In this document: piece by piece, positions 1 through 6,581 of the stretch | Numbering within the stretch: position 1 is the first letter of the stretch | Layout of the letters: each line of letters starts with the position of its first letter | Assembly (NCBI GenBank): GCA_031406045.1 | Contig: JANOGO010000279.1 | Location: forward strand, 1 to 36,582 | Origin: Pseudomonadota bacterium | GTDB lineage: Bacteria > Pseudomonadota > Gammaproteobacteria > Burkholderiales > JALYOK01 | DNA length: 36,582 bases | Reading direction: 5' to 3' | Position numbers and translations under genes: made by a program | The notes under the pieces: generated by a model | Told to the model about the DNA's origin: nothing | The model's input: the letters and a program-made list of their open reading frames with translations, nothing else | The model's database searches: none

Positions 1-32
1 TCGAATGTAATCTTCCCGTCGCCGTCTCAACT

Positions 33-115
33 GTCATTCCCGCGAATTCGGCAATCCATTTGGCAATTGCAGTAACCAACGCAGTATGGATTCCCACCTT
101 CGCGGGGATCATAAC
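33..115. repeat. REP-like palindromic intergenic element with two degenerate arms in inverted orientation
   Basis: Left arm GTCATTCCCGCGAATTCGGCAATCCAT (33-59) and right arm ATGGATTCCCACCTTCGCGGGGATCATAAC (86-115) are imperfect reverse complements. The GTCATTCCCGCG / CGCGGGnATnAC core resembles dispersed palindromic repeats that generate spurious RGND-type peptides. Both overlapping track ORFs carry such strings (MDSHLRGDH on +, CRIRGNDS on -). Confidence 0.4.
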
Positions 116-259
116 TCATGGCATCGCCACGAGCCTTATCCGGCGTGCCTGTTGGCGATGCATGGCCTGCGAGGCAGTATCCATAAGCCTCTCCAGCCTG
201 CCTCGAAATTATTCTCAAATCAGTTATTCTTGCGCTTCGTCTTGTTAACCAAGTTGAAT

Positions 260-337
260 ATGAAAGTCGCAATCGTGCGCGCGGGGATCGGCGGGCTGAG
301 TTTGGCCTTGATGTTGTCGCGACGGGGAATCGAATGA
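260..337 (+). pseudogene. N-terminal remnant of an FAD-dependent monooxygenase/oxidoreductase (25 codons then stop)
   Basis: ATG at 260 encodes MKVAIVRAGIGGLSLALMLSRRGIE followed by TGA. This is the Rossmann dinucleotide-binding N-terminus (consensus VAIVGAGIGGL) with the first glycine replaced by Arg. No continuation of the protein is visible in any frame. Confidence 0.35.
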
Positions 338-400
338 ACGGGCCCGAGCAAGTCATTCCATTCCTCGAAAGCGAAGCCATTTCGCTCCGCTACAAACGCT

Positions 401-546
401 TAGGAAGCTCTGAATAAGTTCGAGTTCTAAATGAGACAAGGCGCGAACAAAAAATATCGACGCAGCATATGGTTGATATGTAAGGCGATATTTTTTGTGA
501 GCAACGTAGGATCATCACGAAATCGGGCTTATTCAGAGCTTCCCTA
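401..546. repeat. Nested inverted-repeat element (MITE-like or long hairpin)
   Basis: GGAAGCTCTGAATAAG (403-418) is the perfect reverse complement of CTTATTCAGAGCTTCC (528-543). Inside it, ACAAAAAATATCG (447-459) is the perfect reverse complement of CGATATTTTTTGT (486-498). There is no credible ORF inside. Confidence 0.5.
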
Positions 547-608
547 GCAGGATTCGATCCGCAAGCCTGGCAAGCGGCCGCTAAACGTCATGCGGAAAAG
601 GTTTCAAC

Positions 609-1031
609 ATGAGTATTTGGACAAAACGCCCGGACATCGTTGACATGCAACGCATCCACCTCAACACCGCAGTCGATCGCCTCGGCATCGAGTTTGTCGA
701 CGTCGGCGAGGACTGGATTTCTGCGCGCATGCCGGTCGATGCGCGTACCGTGCAACCGATGGGCATATTGCACGGCGGCGCCTCGGTCGTGCTCGCCGAA
801 ACCCTCGGCAGTTGCGCCGCGAGCTATTGCGTCGATATGGACAAAAACTATTGCGTGGGTTTGGATATCAACGCCAACCACATTCGCGCCGCGCGAAGCG
901 GCTGGGTGCTAGGCGTTGCGCGGCCTTTGCATGTTGGAAAATCTACGCAGGTGTGGGAAATTCGTGTGACCGATGAAGAAGAAAAATTGGTTTGTGTTGC
1001 GCGCCTTACGATGGCGGTGCTCGCGAAATAA
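609..1031 (+). CDS. Hotdog-fold thioesterase, PaaI/YbdB/YdiI family
   Basis: The 140-aa ORF contains MPVDARTVQPMGILHGGASVVLAETLGS, the signature region of PaaI-type thioesterases. An AAGG Shine-Dalgarno lies about 8 nt upstream of the ATG. Confidence 0.85.
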   Translation: MSIWTKRPDIVDMQRIHLNTAVDRLGIEFVDVGEDWISARMPVDARTVQPMGILHGGASVVLAETLGSCAASYCVDMDKNYCVGLDINANHIRAARSGWVLGVARPLHVGKSTQVWEIRVTDEEEKLVCVARLTMAVLAK

Positions 1032-1037
1032 GCATAC

Positions 1038-1065
1038 GGCAGATAACGGCTTCGCCTCATCTGCC
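1038..1065. terminator. Weak hairpin between convergent genes; possible bidirectional terminator
   Basis: GGCAGAT (1038-1044) pairs with ATCTGCC (1059-1065) around a 14-nt loop, with moderately T-rich flanks on both strands. The stem is short, so support is weak. Confidence 0.25.
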
Positions 1066-1095
1066 CTATGAGTTCTACTTATTATTTACGCTGCG

Positions 1096-1429
1096 CTACC
1101 CGGCAAGTCGTCCAGTTGCCTCGTGCACCGGTTTGCCCTCCCCGGAGCGGAAAAATTCCACGCCCTTAGAAGCGTTTAGTGCGAAATAGGTGTTTGCATC
1201 TCTGAAGCCCGGAATTTTCGCCTCGATCTCGTCGATGCGCTTTTGTGCCTTGTCTCGCGCGGATAAGCGCCTGGTTCAACGTCTGCCGCTCGCAAAAAAG
1301 CGCAAGCTGCGCCGGTGTGGTTCGAATTCGATCGTAAACGGCCGCAGCCTCGTTAACCTTCAACTGGGCAAAACCGTTGGTCGAACAAACCATAACGATA
1401 CAACCTAAAGCGGCATAATGCGATTTCAT
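1096..1429 (-). pseudogene. Small secreted protein apparently split by a 1-nt frameshift
   Basis: The frame from the ATG at 1429 gives a signal peptide (MKSHYAALGCIVMVCSTNGFAQ) and plausible sequence up to ...LNQALIRAR, then an Arg-rich junk-like tail ending at 1166. The adjacent frame is open from 1275 to 1096 and reads DKAQKRIDEIEAKIPGFRDANTYFALNASKGVEFFRSGEGKPVHEATGRLAG. The total span is 334 nt, which is 3n+1. Confidence 0.35.
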
Positions 1430-1560
1430 CGTTTTTAGCTCTATTGCGGTTTGAAATGCCAGCAAGCGTAGCCCACTGAAATGGACTCCTCGGTTCTTGT
1501 TTAGTGGTCAGGTTTAACCATCTCCACTTTGGCACCCTCCGCTTGATAGACAATCGCAGA

Positions 1561-2592
1561 TTAATGCGTTAAATCTTTGACGTACCAATCCATTGCAGTG
1601 CGCAGGCCATCGCCGATGCGGTGGGTCGGTACGTAGCCGAGCAGATTTTGTGCCTTGCTGATATCGGCGAGCGAGTGGCGCACGTCGCCGGCGCGAAAGT
1701 CTTGGTACTTCGGTTTGAAATTTTCCAGATGCGCGAATCGTTTGACCAGCAAGCTGCGCTGCATGTCGAACAATTGATTCAGCGTAGTGCGCTCATTCAC
1801 CGCGACGTTATAAACTTGATTGATCGCGTCTTTGTTGGTTGTCGTGGCAGACAAAATGTTTGCCTGAACGACATTCTCGACGTAGCAAAAATCACGGCTC
1901 GTTTCGCCGTCGCCGTTTATCAACACGGTTTCGTTTTTAATCATCGACGCGATCCATTTTGGGATCACTGCGGCGTAGGCGCCATCCGGGTCTTGGCGCG
2001 GGCCGAAGATGTTGAAATAGCGCAGGCCAATGGATTCCACATCGTAGCAACGTCCGAACACGTCGGCGTAGAGTTCGTTGACGTATTTTGTCACGGCGTA
2101 GGGCGAGAGCGGTTTGCCGATCTGGTCTTCGATCTTGGGTAAGCCGGGATGATCGCCATAGGTCGAACTGGAAGCCGCGTAAACAAAGCGTTTTGTCTTG
2201 GCGTCGCGGGCGGCGACCAGCATGTTGACGAAACCGGTGACGTTGCTGTGGTTGCTCATGATCGGATCTTCGATCGAACGCGGCACGGAGCCGAGCGCGG
2301 CATGATGCAACACATAGTCGGCGCCCTTGCTCGCTTCGTTGCAAGTAGCCAGGTCGCAGATGTCGCCGCGAATGAAATGAAAGTGCTTCCACGCGGCGCT
2401 GCCGACCAGTGTTTGAACCTGATCGAGGTTGCGTTGATGGCCGGTAGAAAAATTATCCAAACCGACGACCGATTGGTTCAGCCGCAGCAGCGCTTCGACT
2501 AGATTGGAGCCGATAAATCCGGCGGCGCCCGTCACTAGCCAGCGATGGCGTTTAGATTTGAGTTGCTCGACTATTTGTTCGTATTGAGTCAT
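1561..2592 (-). CDS. wbpP: NAD-dependent UDP-N-acetylglucosamine(uronate) 4-epimerase, WbpP/TviC (VipB) type SDR
   Basis: The 343-aa ORF has the N-terminus [14 protein letters not shown]...[15 protein letters not shown] and the catalytic YxxxK in [13 protein letters not shown]. It lies 22 nt downstream of the partner dehydrogenase. Confidence 0.88.
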   Translation of the reverse strand: MTQYEQIVEQLKSKRHRWLVTGAAGFIGSNLVEALLRLNQSVVGLDNFSTGHQRNLDQVQTLVGSAAWKHFHFIRGDICDLATCNEASKGADYVLHHAALGSVPRSIEDPIMSNHSNVTGFVNMLVAARDAKTKRFVYAASSSTYGDHPGLPKIEDQIGKPLSPYAVTKYVNELYADVFGRCYDVESIGLRYFNIFGPRQDPDGAYAAVIPKWIASMIKNETVLINGDGETSRDFCYVENVVQANILSATTTNKDAINQVYNVAVNERTTLNQLFDMQRSLLVKRFAHLENFKPKYQDFRAGDVRHSLADISKAQNLLGYVPTHRIGDGLRTAMDWYVKDLTH

Positions 2593-2614
2593 TCGTTAGC
2601 GATAGGAAATAATC

Positions 2615-3895
2615 TTAAAGGCGCCACAAACTCAAACCCGATTCCTTAACGGCCTTCGGATCGAATTGGCATTTGACGTCGATGAAGCAACCGCCATTTT
2701 TGACTTTGCTCAAATAATCCTTCATCGGCCGCGCTAAAAATTCTTTGTGCGCGACGGCGGCGACAATCGCATCGGCTTGCGGCAATTCATCCCAACTGCG
2801 CAGCGTTACGCCGTATTCGTGTTTCGCTTCGGCAGACTCGGCCATTGGATCGTGCACTTGAACGTCGATGCCGTAGGACTGCAATTCCTGAATGATGTCG
2901 ATGACTTTTGAGTTGCGCAAATCCGGGCAATTTTCTTTGAAGGTGAGACCCAGCACATTGACCTTCGCACCTTTTACTTGCGAGCCGGCGTTGATCATCT
3001 TTTTCACCGTTTGTTCGGCGATGTGTTTGCCCATGCTGTCGTTAATGCGCCGGCCCGCGAGAATCACTTGGGGAATGTAGCCAAGCATCTCGGCTTTGTG
3101 GGTCAGATAATAAGGATCGACGCCGATGCAGTGGCCGCCGACCAAGCCCGGACGGAACGGCAAGAAATTCCATTTGGTGCCGGCGGCCTTCAGCACTTCC
3201 ATCGTGTCGATGCCGATGCGATCGAAGATCAGCGCCAGTTCGTTCATCAACGCGATATTAAGATCGCGCTGCGTGTTCTCGATGACCTTCGCCGCTTCCG
3301 CGACCTTGATGCTGGATGCGCGATGCACACCAGCGGTAATAATGCTTTCGTACAGCTGCGCGACTTTTTCCAGCGTGTCGGCGTCGTCGCCGGACACGAT
3401 TTTTAGAATTTTCGTCAGCGTGTGTTCTTTGTCGCCGGGATTAATGCGCTCTGGCGAATAACCGACATGGAAATCTTTCAGCCATTTCATGCCCGAATGT
3501 TTTTCCAATACCGGAATGCAAACTTCTTCGGTCGCACCTGGATATACCGTAGATTCGTACACCACGATCGCACCTTTTTTCATGTACTTGCCGACGCTCG
3601 TGCTGGAGCCGACCAAGGGTGAAAAATCCGGTTGATGAGCGATGTCTACCGGCGTGGGCACGGCAACGATAATGTAATCCGCCTTAGCAAGTTCCTTTGG
3701 ATCGGTTGTGACGGTGAGGTGCTTGGCCGCCTCAAGCTCGGCGGATGGCAACTCACCAGTCGGATCGATGAAGCGTTTGTAACTCGCGATTTTATCTTCG
3801 GAAAGATCGAAGCCGATGGTTTCACGGCGTTTACCGAATTCGACGGCAAGTGGAAGGCCTACATAGCCCAGTCCGACTACTGCAACAACACTCAT
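2615..3895 (-). CDS. wbpO: UDP-N-acetyl-D-glucosamine/galactosamine 6-dehydrogenase, WbpO/TviB (VipA) type
   Basis: The 426-aa ORF has the N-terminal Rossmann VVGLGYVGLPLAVEFG and the catalytic cysteine motif LVGGHCIGVDPYYL typical of nucleotide-sugar dehydrogenases. Confidence 0.88.
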   Translation of the reverse strand: MSVVAVVGLGYVGLPLAVEFGKRRETIGFDLSEDKIASYKRFIDPTGELPSAELEAAKHLTVTTDPKELAKADYIIVAVPTPVDIAHQPDFSPLVGSSTSVGKYMKKGAIVVYESTVYPGATEEVCIPVLEKHSGMKWLKDFHVGYSPERINPGDKEHTLTKILKIVSGDDADTLEKVAQLYESIITAGVHRASSIKVAEAAKVIENTQRDLNIALMNELALIFDRIGIDTMEVLKAAGTKWNFLPFRPGLVGGHCIGVDPYYLTHKAEMLGYIPQVILAGRRINDSMGKHIAEQTVKKMINAGSQVKGAKVNVLGLTFKENCPDLRNSKVIDIIQELQSYGIDVQVHDPMAESAEAKHEYGVTLRSWDELPQADAIVAAVAHKEFLARPMKDYLSKVKNGGCFIDVKCQFDPKAVKESGLSLWRL

Positions 3896-3997
3896 GCAAA
3901 CATCCTCTTAAGTAGGTGGGACAATTTATTTGCCGCGGATTGGTTCGGCTGCATCGATTGCGAAGCGAACTACGGCTAAAATGGTGTTACCAAGCGG

Positions 3998-4012
3998 TGG
4001 CAGCATGTTAGC
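3998..4012 (+). promoter_or_regulatory. Candidate sigma54 (-24/-12) promoter upstream of the protease gene
   Basis: TGGCAGcatgtTAGC has GG and GC at the canonical 10-nt spacing of TGGCAC-N5-TTGC. It sits about 95 nt upstream of the ATG at 4107. It has two mismatches to consensus outside the invariant dinucleotides. Confidence 0.25.
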
Positions 4013-4106
4013 CTAACGAACCTTGGCGGGTCGTTGGGAATCTTCGTTATATTAGCGACTAATGCTCGGAATAATAGAACATTTTGTAATTTGTAAAAGG
4101 ACAATT

Positions 4107-4910
4107 ATGCATATCCATGCGCTCGTAGGACTTCGTCAACTGACTGTTCTGAAAACAATTATCGCCATTTTTTGCGGCATCATCGGCGTCGTTTTGCCGG
4201 CCCGCGCCGACTTGCCGCAAACCATCGAAAAAGTTCGCGGTTCTGTTGTTGGAGTCGGAACTTACCAGAAAACCCGCACGCCCGCCATGAATATGCTCGG
4301 CACCGGGTTCATCGTCGCCGACGGTCTGCATGTGATCACCAACGTCCATGTGAAGCCGCCATTCCTCGATACCGAGCAGCGCGAGGTGATGGTTGTGGTG
4401 ACCGGACGTGGCAAAGAGGTTCAAGTTCGTGAAGTGGAAGAAGTCGCGAGCGATCCCGATCACGACGTCGCGTTGCTGAAAATCAAGGGGGCGCCATTGC
4501 CCGCGATGATCCTCGGTGATCCGTCCGGCGTTCGGGAAGGGCAACAATATGCGTTCACCGGTTTTCCGATTGGCGCGATTTTGGGCCTTTATCACGTTAC
4601 CCATAAGGCAACGATTTCGTCGTTGACCCCCATCGTTATTCCAAGCCGAGGCTCAAGAGATTTGGATGTGAAATCGGTGGCACGCTTACGCAAAGCCTTC
4701 GACGTATTTCAACTCGATGCGACGGCCTATCCAGGCAACAGCGGCAGCCCGCTTTACGACCCGGCTACCGGGCACGTTGTTGGGGTGTTGAATATGGTTT
4801 TCGTGAAGCAAACCAAAGAAAACGTATTATCCGACCCGAGCGGAATTGCTTACGCAATCCCGATTAGTCACGTGACCACCCTACTCAAACGGGCGAACGT
4901 CAAATATTAG
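4107..4910 (+). CDS. Secreted trypsin-like serine protease (S1 family, no PDZ domain)
   Basis: The catalytic triad context is visible: GTGFIVADGLHVITNVHV (His), HDVALLKI (Asp) and AYPGNSGSPLYD (Ser). The signal peptide is LKTIIAIFCGIIGVVLPARA/DL. I prefer the ATG at 4107 (AAAGG 7 nt upstream) over the track start at 4062. Confidence 0.8.
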   Translation: MHIHALVGLRQLTVLKTIIAIFCGIIGVVLPARADLPQTIEKVRGSVVGVGTYQKTRTPAMNMLGTGFIVADGLHVITNVHVKPPFLDTEQREVMVVVTGRGKEVQVREVEEVASDPDHDVALLKIKGAPLPAMILGDPSGVREGQQYAFTGFPIGAILGLYHVTHKATISSLTPIVIPSRGSRDLDVKSVARLRKAFDVFQLDATAYPGNSGSPLYDPATGHVVGVLNMVFVKQTKENVLSDPSGIAYAIPISHVTTLLKRANVKY

Positions 4911-6379
4911 CCGGCGCGCCCGTAAATATCGCCAAAGCGCACGATATCGTCTTCTTCCAGGTAGGCGCCGGTCTGAATCTCGATAATCTGCAATGGGATT
5001 CGTCCGGGATTCTCGAGCCGGTGGCGATTGGTTTTCGGAATGTACGTCGATTGATTTTCTTCCAGACAAAACTCTTGATCGCCATTGGTAATTTTTGCCG
5101 TCCCGGCAATCACCACCCAGTGTTCGGAGCGATGATAGTGCATTTGCATCGATAGTTTTTGGCCTGGTTTCACGACGATGCGTTTGATCTTGTAGTAGAG
5201 ACCTTCTTCCAAAATGGTGTAGCTGCCCCAGGGCCGAGCGACGGTCAAATGGGTTTCGGTCAAATGTGGATGGCGCGCTTTTACTTCGGAAACTAAGCGC
5301 TTTAAGTCGGCGACTTTGTCGCGCGGGCAAATCAGTGTGGCATCGCGGGTTTGTACCACGGCGAGATTTTCCACGCCTAACGCGGCAATGGTGCCACCGG
5401 TGGTCCAGAGCAAATTGTTTTGAGAATTCACCGTTAGCACGTCGCCTTCGATCATATTGCCTGCTGCATCTTTGTCGCGTTGCTGGTAAATCGCTTCCCA
5501 ACTGCCAAGATCGCTCCAGCCCATCTTGATCGGCACGACGGCGATATTTTTGCTGTGTTCGAGAATGCCATAGTCGACCGACAGATCCGGCATCGCCTGG
5601 TAGATTTCCTTTTTGGCCACCGCATCGCCGCCTTCGGCGAGATTGATTGCGGCTTCGTAAATGGCCGGCTGCAGGTCGCGCAACATTTGCATGAAGGTTT
5701 CCGCGTGAAACACAAACATGCCGCCGTTCCAGTAATGGTTGCCCTGAGCGAGGAGTTTGACGGCGGTGTCGGCGTCGGGCTTTTCTACGAAACGTATCAC
5801 CTTGCGAACCGGTAACTGTTTCGCGCCGGGAAGTTTAATCTCGTCGCCCGCTTGAATGTAGCCGAAACCTGTTGCCGGTTCTGTCGGCTCCATACCGAAC
5901 AACGCAATTTGGCCTTGGCTCGCGGCTTGCTCCGCTGCGCGCCACGCGGCGAGGAATGCTGGCCCATCGGCAATCGCATGGTCCGATGAGAACACACCGA
6001 TGATCGCGCTGGGCTGTTCTTTGACGATGCGTGCCGTGGCCCAGGCAATGGCGGGCAAGGTATTGCGGCCGACCGGCTCCGCCAGCACTTGGTCAGCCAA
6101 GCGCGCATCCACGGCGTGTAACTGGCCGGCGACTTCGAAGCGATGGTCGACATGGGTAACGGTGGTGACGTGTTGGCTTTTGACCATCGGCAGCAGCCGG
6201 CGCATGGTGTCCTGCAGCAGCGATTCTTGACCATTCAGCGCCAGTAACTGCTTCGGCATGGTCGCCCGCGACAACGGCCACAGACGCGTTCCCGACCCGC
6301 CGGCAAGGACGATCGCACGGCGGTTCAATTCGGTATCGTTAGTCATGGCGCTGATGGCGGATTCGGCCGGTGAATTCAT
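4907..6379 (-). CDS. manC: Bifunctional mannose-1-phosphate guanylyltransferase / mannose-6-phosphate isomerase (type II PMI)
   Basis: The 490-aa ORF has the N-terminal nucleotidyltransferase motif LAGGSGTRLWPLSR and a C-terminal cupin HYHRSEHWVVIAGTAKI. Confidence 0.9.
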   Translation of the reverse strand: MNSPAESAISAMTNDTELNRRAIVLAGGSGTRLWPLSRATMPKQLLALNGQESLLQDTMRRLLPMVKSQHVTTVTHVDHRFEVAGQLHAVDARLADQVLAEPVGRNTLPAIAWATARIVKEQPSAIIGVFSSDHAIADGPAFLAAWRAAEQAASQGQIALFGMEPTEPATGFGYIQAGDEIKLPGAKQLPVRKVIRFVEKPDADTAVKLLAQGNHYWNGGMFVFHAETFMQMLRDLQPAIYEAAINLAEGGDAVAKKEIYQAMPDLSVDYGILEHSKNIAVVPIKMGWSDLGSWEAIYQQRDKDAAGNMIEGDVLTVNSQNNLLWTTGGTIAALGVENLAVVQTRDATLICPRDKVADLKRLVSEVKARHPHLTETHLTVARPWGSYTILEEGLYYKIKRIVVKPGQKLSMQMHYHRSEHWVVIAGTAKITNGDQEFCLEENQSTYIPKTNRHRLENPGRIPLQIIEIQTGAYLEEDDIVRFGDIYGRAG

Positions 6380-6581
6380 GGCGGGACGTCTCGTTCGGAA
6401 ATGGAGTTCTTATTGTAGTCGAAGCGCGGCGAAATCAAGCTCTGGGTTTTGCAACGGCGATCGTTCAGAGGCACGTCAAATGGCGATTTGCCGGGCATAA
6501 GCCTGAAAGCCCTTTATGGACGGCTTTCTACAGCCATATCCCTTGGAGAACCAATCAGGATAAGCGTCTTCAGGCGATGTC

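Noticed and set aside
27-380. 117-aa minus-strand ORF and the overlapping 83-aa plus ORF (86-337)
   Set aside because: The composition is Arg/Cys-rich and junk-like. The ORFs span the REP-like palindrome, which produces the RGND-type strings. Only the last 25 codons of the plus ORF look like real protein, and they are treated as a gene remnant.
1621-2392. Antisense and alternate-frame ORFs inside wbpP (1621-2142 plus, 1937-2392 minus)
   Set aside because: They are Arg/His-rich low-complexity translations lying entirely within a CDS with strong motifs. These are typical shadow ORFs of moderately GC-rich DNA.
2978-3979. Plus-strand ORFs antisense to wbpO (2978-3406, 3126-3461, 3632-3979)
   Set aside because: They have no recognisable motifs, and the opposite strand encodes a full-length nucleotide-sugar dehydrogenase.
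4059-4604. 181-aa minus-strand ORF antisense to the protease gene
   Set aside because: The protease frame has an intact catalytic triad and signal peptide. The antisense product shows no domain features.
4881-5501. 206-aa Arg-rich alternate-frame ORF within manC
   Set aside because: Extreme Arg/Ser/Pro bias. The manC frame carries the GMP and cupin signatures.
6505-6528. Hairpin GAAAGCC-N10-GGCTTTC downstream of the ligase-like gene
   Set aside because: The 7-bp stem has no U-tract on either strand, which is not enough to call an intrinsic terminator. It could still be a processing or pause structure.
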